A stretch of DNA of 63,292 nucleotides, filler included, from Bigelowiella natans CCMP2755 (Eukaryota; Protista; Cercozoa), in the NCBI GenBank assembly GCA_000320545.1. It is 9 parts of 9 records of this genome, joined end to end, with 100 filler letters (N's around TTAATTAATTAA, not from the genome) between each part and the next. Parts side by side here need not be neighbours in the genome. Positions count along the whole stretch, not along the records: positions 7,845 to 14,443 come from ADNK01000958.1; positions 14,544 to 19,736 come from ADNK01001461.1; positions 19,837 to 34,909 come from ADNK01000661.1; 6 more parts are not named here. One strand, written 5' to 3'. Below, piece by piece: positions 12,976 to 28,222 of this stretch (its first letter is position 1; each line of letters starts with the position of its first letter). The notes under the pieces were generated by a model. It did no database searches, was not told where the DNA came from, and saw nothing but the letters and a program-made list of their open reading frames with translations. Position numbers and translations under genes: made by a program.

Positions 12976-15760
12976 AAATATACACATATCCGACCTCTTT
13001 AACGGCAAGGAGAGCAATTTCCCTGTTTGAACGATAATTCGAATGTTCGGCTGTTCGCGGCTTGTTGTCCTTACATTCACATCGGTTGAGCAAGCATACT
13101 CACCAGGCAGCAGATTTATGATGATGATGACAACGATGATGATGATAATGATGATGATAATAATAATAATAATAGTATGTCTTTGGATCGATCATCAGGC
13201 GCTAGATTTAACGGAATCCATGGCGAGAATGCACTTGTTGGTCTCTCCACGGGTGGGGATGCTAGCTGACCTGCCGCACAAACCTTCGTTCGTGACGGTA
13301 GCACCACTCGCAATCATCATGGTGCTCTGGGCATCGAGCTTTTGTTTCTATTGAAAATGAAGCGAATATGCAATCGTCGTCGGATGTGCGTGTGTGCAGA
13401 ATCTCCCCCCTCCGTTCATTACGGATTGCTCTTTCGTTTGACGGCGGGTCCGTTTTGCGTGCAGCCCCTGACGAGTGCTGCTGATCACGTATCTCCGCCT
13501 CTCTGCTTCCTCTTTCTCTTGTACTGCACAGGTTGGGACGGCGTTCTTTGCAATGGCCTGGCGCTTGATTCGGTTCCACCCGCAGTTCTGTGTAAGCAAG
13601 CTACTTCTCAGCACACGTCGCTATCATGGTCCGATCTTCTTGACACGTGGACGATGCGTCCTCCTCTTCCTCCTCCTCCTGCTGCTTGCTGCCCCCCCCC
13701 CCAGGGCCAGAGCAAGTTTCTGGAGCTCATCCTCACGGGGGGGATCCATATGCTGCAAAATCATGATGATGAGCGCGTGGTCGTGGTATGCAGCCAACGC
13801 AATAATTACGATGTATCCCCGACGACCATGGTGATGGTGATGACGCTGACAATGAGGATCGTCATCACCTCCGCAGCCAAGCCCTTTGTTATGTTGATTT
13901 TTTTGAAATATTCCAACGTCCATACACCTTCACCCGCGCCTACCTCGGCGTCTAAGCATTCCTCTTTTTGCATGGAAGATACGTCAGGCTCACTATCGCT
14001 GGCATGCTGCACTTGTTTCTTGTGTCTCCTATTCCTCTCCAGGGGGTGCTGCAAGCTTGGGGAGAACTGCTAACGCAAGTGCTGCCGAAGGGGGTCTCAC
14101 CACCCAAACGACTCTCGACGGAAAGCGGCTCAAAGACGTTGAAGAGTGGGGGGAGGAGGGGGGGGGGGGAGAAGACCTTATCATCCTCCCTATGCAACGA
14201 TTTGGAAAACAAGTCCGAAGATGACGCGGAAGGGAAAGGAGTTGGTAAATGTTCCTGGGGTGGTTTCTCCCTCTCGAGCACATCATGATGACCATGGGGA
14301 TGATGATGATGATGATGACGATGGTCAGGCCAACTTACCATCCTAGCATTATTCCTAAAACGCTACTGAAGCTGCACACTTAAGGCGCCCGGCGCACGGC
14401 AACACAAAGACCCTGGGATGGGTATCGAGCATATTGCCGATTGNNNNNNNNNNNNNNNNNNNNNNNNNNNNNNNNNNNNNNNNNNNNTTAATTAATTAAN
14501 NNNNNNNNNNNNNNNNNNNNNNNNNNNNNNNNNNNNNNNNNNNACGTCGAGGGGGGGGGGGGGGGTGATGGGTGAACTATTGACCGGGCGAACTTCTTAG
14601 CATTGTGCGCCTTAACAATCTTCTGCTCTGTGACTACGAGCTTGTCCTTCTCATGAGCGGACGACGCGATGTGGCCTTCTCCGTTGGTTATCTCATGTTC
14701 CTGGGGCTCCGGAGTGTAGAGGGGGGCGGAGGGCAACGGGCTGCCTACACCACCGGCCTTCGAACCACCTGTCAAAGACAGAAAAAGGTGATGAGAATGC
14801 GTTGAACATAGAATGGGCTGATTGGGCGAGATGGACCTGAGGGATTTTTCTTCCGTTTTTCTGTTGTTTTCCGTTTGCTGTTTCGAGGACGTTTCTTGCC
14901 CCGCCTTTCAGCAGAAAGAGGGGGCGCCGCAGGCTTCGCTGTGGATTTCTTTTGACTCTAATACGCGTGAGTGAGTTCAGAACAATCAGGAGTTTACCCT
15001 CCCCCCCCTCGTCGATTCTTCCGAGCTATTCGGTCCCATCTAGCCCAATTATCTAGCTCTGATGACCTTGGTAACGATGTTCAGGAGCATTTCGTTTGTC
15101 CACAGGCAGGTCAGGAGGAGGAAGGGAAGGAGGAGAAGGGGGGGAGGGCCATGACGAGCTTTCGGCTCGAACTCCTCTGCGTTCGATGATGTGCCCTTTT
15201 TTCGGAGTTATTACCGAAAATAATGCGCTACTTTCCAAGGTGTTTCCAGGGGAAAACCACACTGCGTCTTCGGATCGAGCACGGGATTCCTAGAATTCGG
15301 TCGAGTTTCGGGGATATTATTTAGTATGATTTCCCGTTGATTTGCAAGGGATTTTTCCAACGCGTCAGCCTGAGGATATCCTTTTTTTTTCTGAAACCGG
15401 GCGAGTGATACTCATAACGTCCCAAGGCAGAGCACTCGCTGGCGGCAGGATCCCCGATTTCCGCCCCCCTTGGTGCGGCGAAGGACCCCGGCTCTCGCTT
15501 GGGAGACTACATGTTACGATCGCAGGTGCTACAAAGGTTGGTGAGTTGTCGGAGTCAGTGGCGCAGGTCCGTGCGCTTGAGGTCGACGAAAAAAACCGAA
15601 TCAGAGGTACGCGTTGCCTCAACACCGCCCTTTGGATGTCAACTCGATTTGTGAACAAATATATGAGAAGGAGAGCGGTGGCTGTCACCCATTACTGCCG
15701 CCCTCCTTGCGAATTCCGCGCCTGGTTTTAGTCCTGAAGACGACCTTGGCTTTCCAACAG

Positions 15761-17504
15761 GATGGGGAAGAGAGCAGCTGGAGCTCAGACTTCATATATC
15801 CTGGCGAAACGCCTTCGCACCTCCCTCGCCGTGGACGAAAAGATCCTGCACGAGACAACAACTTCAGCTTCGATCTCTGGGAGAAACATCGCAGCACCTG
15901 GCGCCACTTCCGGCACGTGTTCCAAACACCCTTATCGGCGACTTTCCAGAGGGTACTGCACTACTAGTCAGCAGCGTGATAATAGTAGGCATGTGAGCGA
16001 CAGCAATAATGAAACAACTTTGGTCCATATTGATCGTCGGGTGCATTCGGCTTCCGAGGCCAAAAACACACCACTCTTGTCACTTCTCTTGATTCATGAC
16101 CGGTCCCTATAAACAACACAATTAGGTCATGTGGCCGGATATTGCATGGGTTACAGCACTGAGTGCATCCTTGAGCTACTACAACGCTTTTATTGTGCCG
16201 ACATCGCCTCTTTGCATCTCGCACATTCCTCTCACGATCACGGGCACGGCTCTGGGCCTGCTCCTCGTATTTCGTGTCAACAACTCGAACGCGCGCTTCG
16301 ATGCGGCTAGAAATACAATTGGCTCGATCATCAACACCTGCCGCGCCATTGCCAGGATATCCATCACGAAGCTTGAGCTGCAGGATCCTGACTTCTGCTC
16401 CGAGATGATGTGCCTCGTGCGTGCTTTTCCAAGGGTAGCTGATGTACCAGGAAGGAGATTTAAAAAAAAAAAACTTGGATAAGGGATGGATGGGGGGGGG
16501 GGGGGGGGAAACGGAGGGAAGAACGAGCAACACAACACACGTAACAACCCCCCACCCCCTCCTGCCCCCACCCTCTCACACATGAAGTTTCTTAGCATGA
16601 GTTGATGTGCCACAGGTACTTATTTTCCACCTGACGGTCGATGGCGATCTAGGGATCTCTAGGTTCAATCGCTGCCTTCCACACCCCGCCCCCGATAACA
16701 TGCCACACATGCACTTGCTCCATTATTCAATCCATCACCCCAGTCTTTCTCTCCCGATGCTCCATCTCCTTTCCCTCGCCCCCCTTCCCCCCCTTCCCCC
16801 TCCGCAGCTGGTATTCTCGCGTCTCCCCTGAGGAGGCGGAGGAGGAGCTCGTTCGGCGGCTCAAGAAGACACTAGGCGACGATAAAGCAGCGTATATCCT
16901 GCAGGCACGTAACCGGCCACTGCGCGTAGTGCAGATGATGTCCATTGTCGGCACGAACGCCAATCTGGACCCGGTGATATCGAACAGACTGGATCGAGAG
17001 ATCCGAGCACTAGAGCAGGCGCTTGGACGCTGCGAGAGGATTCTGCGCACACCGATACCGACGAGTGCGTTACCGCGATTGAGAAGGGGGGGGGGGGAGG
17101 GGGGAGGAGGAGGAGGAGGAGGAGGAGGAGGAGACACCCAAACACCGCTTTAAAAACCCATAAGAATCGATTTTCCTTCTGCGATGTGCCACCACGGCCT
17201 GGAACATTGTGGGACACTGAACGTTTTTGTGTTGTTTCTCATGTTAAATAAATGCTTCGCTGCAGGCTACACGAGGCACACCTCTCGGTTTCTTTCTGTT
17301 TGGGTGTCGACCATTCCCTTCGCGTTCTGGCCGGTTTTCGGGTTCTATGGCACCGCCCCAGCTTCAATAGTAACCGCGTTCTTTATGCTGGCGATCGAGG
17401 ACATTGCAGTTGTCTTCGAGGAGCCATTTGATGTCATGCCCCTGTGGAGATACTGTACGTGCTCCGTTCGATGGACGACAGAATAAGAGACTACTTTGCG
17501 AACA

Positions 17505-17539
<35 letters not shown>

Positions 17540-17820
17540 CGCACACGTACGACATTATAGAGAGTAAATTATATTTTTTCCACAAAAGAATCCTTCTAAA
17601 TTTAGAGCTCGTTCGGTTTGCACTAGCATCGGTCATTGTTTGCTCAGATGAATGCTGATGATACACAATGATGATGATGATAATGGTGGTGACAGGCGAG
17701 ACCATTGACGACTCCTGCAACCATGCAGAAGCCTTGCTGCAAGACAGCCGCCGGATCGACGATGCTGGGTGCCCGAGGAATGCGTGGAAGACGTTGGGTC
17801 CAGTGCCGAAGAAAGAATAA
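15761..17820 (+). CDS. Bestrophin-family (UPF0187/VCCN-like) anion channel, multi-exon; the start is probably further upstream
   Basis: Exons encode FSFDLWEKHRSTWRH, ALGLLLVFRVNNSNARFDAAR, CERILRTPIPT, YTRHTSRFL and IEDIAVVFEEPF, all hallmark motifs of plastid/bacterial-type bestrophins. Confidence 0.9.
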
Positions 17821-18801
17821 CTGTTACCCAGTGCTGCGCTTCTGCTCAATGCATTATAGCTGCGAGAGTGATAGTGCTGCATATAGCAAAATGCTGCCCG
17901 TGCGATTCGTCGTAAGTAGTACATCGTGCTTCGCCGCAAGTGTACGACATAAATCTAGAGCTTTACAATTCGAATCACAATGCAATTCTCTCGGGCACGA
18001 TATCTACGGTCTAGACCATTTTATGCTCTGATAAACGAAATGAACTTTTTGAGTAGCACTTTTTCGCTGTGCCATATAGAGTCGTGCATTCAGCTGCATG
18101 TGCTTCGATTCGAATTCGAATTGTTGCAAATTTTAGCCTTATAATTATTGCATTTCACTCGTCATCACAAGGTTGCACTACTTTGCCAAGTGCTTCGATG
18201 TTGCATTCTACATCGTATCTTACATCGCTTTGCATTTATGGCTCATTCCAGTGCATACACGCTATAGGAAACAAGCGTATTGTTATAGAATAAGCCAGTA
18301 TTAATGTTGCCCTCGTGCAGCTGGAATAATCTGATACAAAATACATGACGGCAAGAGCGACACTGCGATCATGCACGATGCTCCATACGGTGCAGCCAAT
18401 GCATCACCCCCTCGGCGCAGTGATGCAATCACATTGCCAGATTAGAGATGACCGGTCACCACGAAATGCTCGAAGGCGCCATGATCAGCTCATCATCGGC
18501 CTGCCCTCCATTTCCTTTGGGGCGGCGAATACACGCAGTGATGTTGTACCTTGGTTGCTGGGAGGGTACAAAATTAAAAATGAATTAAGAATCATGTTCC
18601 CCCCCCCCCCCTCCCATCCGTCCGGCCGTCTCTCATACACACGCACACGCTTTCACGACCTCACAACTGCGAAACTAAGCATCATGCACATTCATCCGCA
18701 CCGGGTAATTGAAACATTTCTGTCTATCTGTGTATACTGTACGCGAGGGCAGACAAACCGCTAGTACTGACTATTCGCATGCCTTTTGCCTCGCACCGTA
18801 C

Positions 18802-18855
18802 CTCGGCCGCGTAACTGCCGTGAAACTGCACCGATATCGTGTCGCCAACCCTCAC
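18802..18855 (-). CDS. Possible FKBP-type PPIase exon
   Basis: AG/GT-bounded 54-nt exon VRVGDTISVQFHGSYAAE resembles FKBP V..GD.V.VHY.G. Confidence 0.3.
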
Positions 18856-19295
18856 CTGATGGCAACGAGACGATGAAGATGAGGAAATAGGTGACTTAAT
18901 CGCCCAACGACACACACGCGTACACACACACACACACACACACACATAGCATGCAGCTACTACAACCTCTGCTGCTACTGCTGCTATAACTACTACGTAC
19001 CGAAGTCCTCGGAAAGCGCAAGAAGAGATTCCACCACGACGGCATCTCTCCCTTTGATATCCTCCGTGGGGTCTTGGACAGCAGCGAGGTAATGGCTGGA
19101 ACTGCAGCATTTGTCCTGGTCTCCCCCGCCACCAGCGACATCGATGAGAGGCCGTCAGCGAGATTGCTCTGGGGGAGGGGGGGGGGGCTACGACCCTCGC
19201 CATCGCCATGGTGCACGGCGATGTATGTTGCAAATCCCTCGAAATCGCCGTCCCGTGATACAATGAACTCGAGCTCCTGCGGTGACGCGGTGGGC

Positions 19296-19331
<36 letters not shown>

Positions 19332-20538
19332 CGGTCAAATCGAAAGATACAAGCAACACACACGGAGGGAGGGCGATTACACAGGCGTCTAGGAAATGAC
19401 CCGGAGCGACAGGCGAAAAGTAAGTAGAGGGTTTTTGGGGAGAATAGAATGATGCGCACAACCAATGATCCCCGCCCCCCCTCTCCCCCCACCCTTCTCT
19501 ACAATCGCCTCTCTGCCTACCTTAGATGAAGCTGTTGGAAGGGGGGGAGAAGCCAGGGCAAATTCCTCAAGCACCTCCCCATCGGAAGCCGAGAGGGAAT
19601 AATTGGAGGGATAACCCAGAATCTACCGTGAGAAATAAGGGGGGGGGGGTGGGGGGGGGGGGATGTTTGGGAGGGTGAATAATTTGTTTGCCAGTCTCTC
19701 GACGGCATCAACTCTAGGGAGGGAGGGCGGGGAATANNNNNNNNNNNNNNNNNNNNNNNNNNNNNNNNNNNNNNNNNNNNTTAATTAATTAANNNNNNNN
19801 NNNNNNNNNNNNNNNNNNNNNNNNNNNNNNNNNNNNCTGTGTGTGTGTGTGTGTGTGTGTGCGAGCGCGCGCTTATGTACTGAGGTTATACACATAGACT
19901 CGAAGCCTAAATCACCGTCGCAATCAGGCACGGCGTGACGTTCCGTCTCCAAGTTCTCTATCTGATTGCGGGGTCAGTGAGCTCTGCTGCATCATCCCCC
20001 ATGAAAACGAAGGGAGCAATCATGCCTTTCAACCGACTACTCCTAAACCGCACTAGATACGCCTATTCGGTCTCCCCTTCCCCACCCGCTCTGTGACATG
20101 TTCTTGTCGCAGGAGACGTCGTCAATCGGCCGTTTTCATCCGTTTGAACATGCCGATTTTCTTAAGCCTGTTGTGACGACGACGACGACGACGACGATGA
20201 TGATATGATGATAGTGATGATAATGATGATGGAGCGCACTCTTGATTAGGAATATCTCCTCTGCATGGTCTAATGTCGCAGTGGACGCACTGGTAGCGAA
20301 TGCTCTAGAGTTCTTACCGAAGCCACGTTCTCGCTTAGAAAACACCCATGCAATGCGCGCGCAGTACACGCAAAAGCGATACACTTCTATCATCGTTCTT
20401 CGAGGGTGCAAGCACAGTGCTGCCATCTGATTCTCAGCACATCTCACTGCTACATAAACGATGTTGTCCTTTTGGCTGTATTAGGTTGTCGAGAGGAGTC
20501 AGGAAAAAAGCGCCCTAGTTGCAGCAAGGTAGACCAAG

Positions 20539-20587
<49 letters not shown>

Positions 20588-21170
20588 TTCTCTCGCCTCG
20601 TGTCTGCGGACCACACGGCGGATGTGTCTATTTGTTGTCTCGGTGAGGCATGCACGCACGCGCGTCATTTCTGGACGTGAAAATGCCGAACATTGAGTCC
20701 GCGATATTCGTTGATTTCTTCCAAGAAAATTTTAATTAATCTTTTCTTCTTCTCCTTCATCTTCTTTTTTCTTTTTTTTTGGTTCAGGCTGCAAGCGTTT
20801 ACGAAGTCGGCCTATGGTTTGTCCTTCTTTTTGTTCAGCTTATCTCCTGTTGCATCGTCTCTGCCGATATTTCGCGTCGTGTGGAGCTGTATTCAGTCAC
20901 TCATGGAAGTTTTCAATAGTTTCTGAGAATCAAAATGTGAACTTTGTGCCGCATCGGAATCATTCGTTAGCAGCTATAAGTTATTTCCTTATTAAGAAAT
21001 GCCCGCAAAGAAGGCATGTATCTCCGACCAATTTCAGTGAGATTGACAGCTCAACCTTTCTACTAAGGCTTAGGGATGGTGATCTCAGATGTCGCATTTG
21101 GCTTCATCATTGATTGGTATGTGGACGATATCTCCCTTTAAATATTTTACTTGTTCAACCGTGGATCTGT

Positions 21171-21210
<40 letters not shown>

Positions 21211-21230
21211 ATTTGTGTAGGTCTCTCTTT

Positions 21231-21294
<64 letters not shown>

Positions 21295-21826
21295 GGAGAC
21301 ATGTCGTCTCGCGATGTCAAATATTGTCCATTCTGCAACAAGGTATCATCCACGCTATTGCTACTACATCTTCGCAAGCTTCCAAGTATCGACAGCGTTT
21401 TCAGCGCTGGTGAGTATGGCTGCCACTGCGACTCCGAACACCAAACCGTTTTATTTCTTATATCAACAACAACAACAACAACAATTAGTATTCCGTGCAC
21501 AAGGGAAATTGCATGAACAACAATGCAACAATCGATTTCAGTTTGGTAATAATGTGCCAGATTCTGGACGAGCCGAGATGTGAAAGCAGCTCCGATGCCG
21601 TGACGAGAAACGTCCGTTAAAGATCGAAGGGAGGGGGGGGAGGGGATGAATGGAAAGAATAAAAGTTAACCCAAAGGAGTTCTAAAATGCCCCTTCTCAG
21701 TGTCGCTGATGCTTATGCCCGATGATCCGTCGTAGACAAATGGATGCGTGTGTGAGGAGCCCTGCGTTTCTAAGGTGTGGTTGGGGAAAACGCCCAGATC
21801 TCAGTCGTTTGCTTTGTGTTTGCCAG

Positions 21827-21947
21827 GCCTTCATCACCGTATATCGAACGCTTAAGCACCCGAAGATCCTATACCCGGTCGCCATGATGATGCCGAGGAA
21901 GCGGCTTATTTTACCTAGTTGCCCGTGCCTTGTTGCAGGCATAGTGT

Positions 21948-21999
<52 letters not shown>

Positions 22000-23088
22000 T
22001 ACTGTCTTTTGACTCGACATACTCCGCCATATCCAAAGGTCCTTATTCTCACCGCGCTTCTCTCCATGCCAATAGGTGATATTATGAATGTATCTTCTCT
22101 CTCTCTCTCCCTCTCCCTCTCCCTCTCCCTCTTCCTCTCGCCTGATAAAAGTGCTCGTCTGTGCCGACGAACACATGATTTTTCGCCGGCATTTTCTGCG
22201 CATCCTAACTCATCAGCATCGGAGCCGCTTCGCATGTACTTCGTCGAGGAGCTGAAGTTCTCCGCCAGCTTTCTCGGCGTCATGGTCCGTGCATTGATCA
22301 CCCAACCACGCTGTGATAGCATGCCCGTTGCACAACACCAGCGCCGCAGCGAAGCAATGAAATTTCCTATGCTTCACTTTGCTTCGCAGGACGCAATGTG
22401 CACGGTGGCGGGGGCGATAGGGCTCATTGTGTACGCTGGCACGATAGCAGAGAGCCCAATGCAAGGTTGCAGTTACGATTTATCGGCCTCGTGTTAAAAA
22501 TGCATATATTCTCCGACAATGCGAACGGGGGAAAGAGAGGGGAGGGCGGAGTGCGGGGGGGGAGGGTGGGAAGAGGGTATAAAAGAAAAAGAAAAGCTGG
22601 TGTTTGTCTGACTGGCATTTGTCTTCAGGAGTGTTCTTCTGGTGCACGATTGTAGTGATAATATGCAACCTGTGGCTCGTCCTCTTGGTAAGCCAACAAA
22701 AGACGAAGAGGAAGAAGATGATGATGAACATGAAACATCTCATCACGCTTTGCGCGAGGCAGGGCTAGGAGTGGTATCCTGTGTGCTGGCAGAGAGGGTT
22801 TCTACTGTCCCTCTTCATCACCTTATACATGCGTTGTTTGTGCATGGCAAGCTGCGATGATGTTGGAATCCATTGTTTTCCGCCGCATTCTCCAGGTCAC
22901 CGGCGTCAGTAGAGAGTTGGGGATCGATGATAAGGTAACGACTCGTCACGTATTTTCGTTCGGCCAGGGTCTGTCTTTTAAGTTCACTCCACATGTGCAT
23001 CGTTGTTACGCCCTAGGTGTTCGTCTTCTCGGACAAAATGGTGAATAACGTGGTAGCCGCGATCTGCTCCAACACCATTTACACGTAC

Positions 23089-23171
<83 letters not shown>

Positions 23172-23600
23172 TCGCGAAAGCAGAGAGCTCGGCGTTCCCT
23201 TTCATTAGCTACTAAGATGAGATGACGAAATAGTGTGTGATGCGATTGGTTGTCCTGACGACGACTTCGCCGTCGTCGCCCACTGCTTCTCCTAGATACG
23301 CTGCTTGCATCTGCCCTCGAGGCGTGGAAGGCATGACGTTCGCAGCCATGACTGGTACGTCGTCTTATCTCGCTGCTGCATTGAGAAATCCCTCAGGAAA
23401 TGATATTAGCGGAGATAGTTGTCGTGACCTGCGAATATCCATAATATATATGTAACCTCAGCGCCTCAGCTCAGCATTTTCATATGCCAGCTTTAGTTTT
23501 TGGGATACACATTATGTTCCGTTGTTATATCCGGTGCAGGTTTATTCAATCTTGGTGGAGCTTTCAGTGCGCTAATGAGCACCAGCCTCATCGACATGTG
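21827..23600 (+). CDS. Folate-biopterin transporter (BT1, MFS), internal exons
   Basis: Small exons encode YRTLKHPKILYP, MYFVEELKFSASFLGVM, VTGVSRELGIDDK, VFVFSD, YAACICPRGVEGMTFAAM and LFNLGGAFS, collinear with BT1-family motifs. Confidence 0.75.
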
Positions 23601-23953
23601 CGTGCACACTGAGCTGATGCTGATGATAATGCGGAGGATCGACCATCATGGACACCATCGTGATTAGTGCTTAGACAGAGAATAAGGGGGGGGGAGCAAA
23701 CCTTCGGAAACAAACGGATGATGAGTTAATACCCCCTTCCCTCCCCCCTCTTTTCTTGCGCTAATCCTGCAGCTTTGACGTACATTGCGATGAGGACGCA
23801 GGGGGGAAGCTGTCCAACTGTAGGTTTGGAAACCTGTGGCATTTAGTAGCTGTCACGGCGCTCTCGAACGTGGTAAGTGAGGTAGGGTTGAAGTTGGTAA
23901 AATACGGGAAAAAGAGTGTGAATTGTTAAGATTTGAGACTATGAATACATGAA

Positions 23954-24001
<48 letters not shown>

Positions 24002-25403
24002 GTATAATGTGTGCGTGTGTGTGCGCGTGTGCTTTCATAAAAATGTACACATGTGAAGTATATCATATCGCTTCTTCCCCAATGACATAAAATAGACTGA
24101 AATGTAATCCTCGCGTAAAACATACCCACACACAATGCACACAAAGTCGAAGGTTTCTATGCCACGTGTATATCACGAATATCTTTCATTTGTCCCTTAA
24201 AGGTGCCTCTGCTTTTTATCTCGTGGGTTCCGAAGTACGGCAACTTTTGCTCAGCATAGCTTCATAATTCCCCATCCATTTTGTTCAACAGAATCATGGG
24301 ATTCATTCGACAAATCTTTCCCAATTTTATACTATATCTTTTGTTGAGAGTCACTCCATATACGAGGTCTTGATTCTTTCGCTGAGACTTGATTTGGATT
24401 CGAATCTGTGGTTTTGGTGTGATACACAGCGCCCCTCCAAAGGCCTCAGATGTAATTGTCTGTGAGGAAGTGGTGCAGGATGATATCGCCGCTGTCCCAC
24501 ATAAGACTGGAAAGAGGCGAACTGTATCTATGCCACATGTCGTGCGGAATAATTAGTGGGTCGACAAGTATCCCACGCCTCGACAGCTTGCTCGCAATGC
24601 GTAGCAGCCAGTGAGCATGTTGAATCAAACGCAGGTCCACAAATGTCTACCTAGATGCATGTGCTTGCAAATTTTAGATATTATAAATAAAAAGACGGAT
24701 ATCATGTCAGCCTCTTAGGGCGACTGCTGAAATGATGTAATCGTTTCATTACACATCGCGTCTCATCACACGTTAGCCTATCATTCTTGATGATCATATT
24801 TAAACGATGGCAAAGGTATGAATATTAGAAATGTTATGTAACATGCAGTTGAGTGTTGATGGCCTGCCTTGACGAGATATATGTAGTAACAGCAGCTGCA
24901 TGAAACACGAATGCAACGAATAGCATCACTGTGCGGCCTGATGCTCAACCAGTCCGCGCAGACGCCATACGCACAAGAAAAATGCTGGAAATGGTAAAAT
25001 GCGGCCTCTTTTTGCACATATTTATTTATTCCTGCCATGTTTAACCCTCACACATAGCTGCATATATATGACGGCCATCCATGTGCGATGTAGCATAGCA
25101 GCGAAGTTGACATTTCAAAATTTAACGAAGCATCTCAAAAAAATGGATTTCATACGATGAAAAGGATGGGATTGAAATGCGTCCAAAACGTATTTGAGAT
25201 CATGGGAAAGTTTCGTTCCTGCAGCGACTTTTATTTCTTCAGCTCTAGCTATGGAAGCTCGGGAGCCGTGATTGTCATCAGCGAGGCCATTTCTTCACGC
25301 AGATTCAATGTGTATCTACAAGTGCACACACGCAAATGCCTCACAAAAATTGTTCATATAAGTGCAGCAGTGAATACGGAAACATGTACAAACCAACAAA
25401 CAG

Positions 25404-25441
<38 letters not shown>

Positions 25442-25455
25442 AAGGCAAACAATGG

Positions 25456-25499
<44 letters not shown>

Positions 25500-25845
25500 G
25501 AGATTACGTATCATATTCCGCAGCAATCGGCTGAAAGGCACGTCGAGACACAACATTCTTTTCTGCGGGAGTGACGATTTCCTTCTTTTCCTCTGGTACT
25601 GCATCGATATCACCAACGTCATCATCATCACCATCATTGTCCTTCTCTCCTTCAACTGCACCATGGTCCTCTCCATCATTGATTCCAAGCTTACGGTCGC
25701 TCTTGAGGGCTAAACCCTCTCCGCCATCAGGGGGAATGCTGCGATCTAGAGGAGCGCTTGTTGAAGATATTGCCGCTGAATCACAGCAGGCGTATTGAGG
25801 CGATATCATTTGTGCAAGGGAATATAGCAGCACTTAGTATCGAAT

Positions 25846-25883
<38 letters not shown>

Positions 25884-27475
25884 CCAAGCCCGTGTGAGCG
25901 TTTTACATTTTTCATGTGAGTATATTATTTTCCTGTTGGCGTTGTTTTCTTTCTTTTTAATATAAATTCATGATCCGACCTCCACCCGCCTCCGTCTCTT
26001 CTTCTTCAAGTTCCGGCTGAAACAACATTACATACGGGAGTTGGATATGTGGATCTACTTCCCAAAGTGAAAACGGGGCATTTCTCGCGCAGGTGCTCAG
26101 TGATTCATTCTACCTCGCTCATGGATATCTGCAGAGCTTGTTTTTCTGCCAAAACACAGTTGCGATTATACAGTAGCCACACTACTCAAAAGGGTTTTTT
26201 GTCCCAATACATCGTGTGTATGTTACATTTACATCATGTGACACAAGAGAATGTGTACGGAATGGGTGGGGTGGGAGCTGTTACTACGTTCACGCATATC
26301 TGCAGCAATACCGGCCTCACTTGTACCCTGAAGGAAATAAGATACGTTCATTTGGGAAGGGGGGGGGGGGGGGGGTTCCAATGAAAAGCAATAAATACAC
26401 GCAGATAATGAGCATTTTCACCAGAAACAAATCCATGCTATGTCCCTACTCGCTTACTACCGTGGAGTCGATGTTCGCTTGTATCATTTGTTCCTGGGTG
26501 AATTGTTGGCAGGAGATGTTTAAAATTTGGAAGCGTTAGGAGGAGAATGAGTGATATTTTGCACCATTTGTCTTCCGAGACTGCTGTGCTTGCTGTCATC
26601 GCGAAGGTAGACTTCCCTGGGAACGAGAGTCCTTGTAGTCTCTACTGCTTTCGAAGCCATCTGATGATAGATGATAAGGAGGCGGGGCTCGTGTGCATTG
26701 CTACATATTACAGGTCTAAACATGTGTGACAATCAGCTAATAATTCGAAAGCAAAATCATTCATTCATCACGCATCGTCGCCTTTACCTCAGCCTTCGCC
26801 TTGAAGCTGTCTCGCATTGCCTGTGATTATGGCACAAAGCTCAGATTTCACCGTTGTGGTCGCAGGGAGATGGATGCTTCATTGCTATTTCAATGAGTTC
26901 ACTAATGAGAGAAGAAGGGAAGAAGACTTTCCCACCCTGAGCTCTTCCATGTTCTCCACCAGCCTCGTGTGGAGATCGGAGTAGAAGCCTTGGACATTCA
27001 TGCGAGCGGGCATCGTTCGCATTCCCGAGACCGACACATCAGCCTACACAAGCACCAGATGAATCGAATGGACTGAAGACGCCATGTGCAAAGTGAAACC
27101 TTAGCAGCTTCCATTTTCCCCCTTCCTGTCGGACGTGCGATCGGGGATGCTCCTCCTCTGTTGGCGGGAAGTGGTTTGGATTGGAACCCTCCCGGGATTG
27201 ATGTCATGAATCCCGGATGATGTGGGAATTCATGTAGTCCAATTAATCGTCCGATGGGATTCATTTGTCCGATGGGACGACAACCTCAATTTCACCTCAA
27301 CGACTCCGAAGAGTTCGTTGTTCTGAGCTTGTTTTGTCAGTTGCCATCACTTGATTTCACCTCAAAATGCAGGTCAATTCATGGTGAAAGACATCTTTTG
27401 TGTGCACAAATTCAAATTTTTTCGGTCAAAAAATTTGAATTCTGACAACGCTCCCCCCTCACCACCTTTTTTGTC

Positions 27476-28222
27476 ATGCGAAAAAGCCACCGTGTGGGGC
27501 GATCACGGGGCAGTGTGAACAAAGAAAAGCACGCACACGACTTGTCAGTCCTTGAGGAGTCGTGTGGGAAGACAAGGGATGGTCTGGCGGGTCTGAGTCA
27601 AACGTTCAAAAATGAACGCAAGGCGTTGAAATGCGTCCGTGTGCGTCCATCGTCGGGGAGCCAGTTCCTGACCCCGTCGCCAATGTCTGCGCCCTCTGCT
27701 TCTGCCCCTGCATCGACTGCTTCGTCTTCAAGTTGTTCCACGTGCGATTCCACGTCAAAAAGACTGACAGAGGTCATTGGTCCGCTTGACGTCGATGGTG
27801 ACCGCATCGGCAGCAAGCTCCGTCGTTCCACCAGAAAATCCAATTCCTCTGCATCATCGGTCAGTTCGTCGTCGTCTAGTGCTTCTTCCCGCACAAGTGT
27901 GAGTGTGCTCGAGGACGATGTTGTTGCTGTGGTGGGGTGCAATGCAATGTTGTCCACAAGAAAGGCAGCTGTCCGAGGTCCCACTTCGAACAGGTTCGGA
28001 ACAAGTGCTGGCAAAAGGGAAGTGTCCAGCAAGGAGTTGAATCTGCCCGATCCTCGAGATTTGACTGCACCGGCCAAAAAAAGGACAGCGGTGGAAGCAA
28101 TCCGCAAATGCACGCCCCGCAGGAAGGCATCTGTGATGAATCAAGTGGCTGCGTGGGCTGGTGTGAGTGCAAGAAGTGCTGGACGATGGTGGAAGACGTC
28201 TTCTCGTTTCACGAATTGGTGA
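27476..28222 (+). pseudogene. Possible DNA-transposon remnant with helix-turn-helix
   Basis: C-terminal NQVAAWAGVSARSAGRWWK resembles transposase HTH (IA..LGVS..TV.RW). It lies near the island edge after a 14-bp hairpin. Confidence 0.3.
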
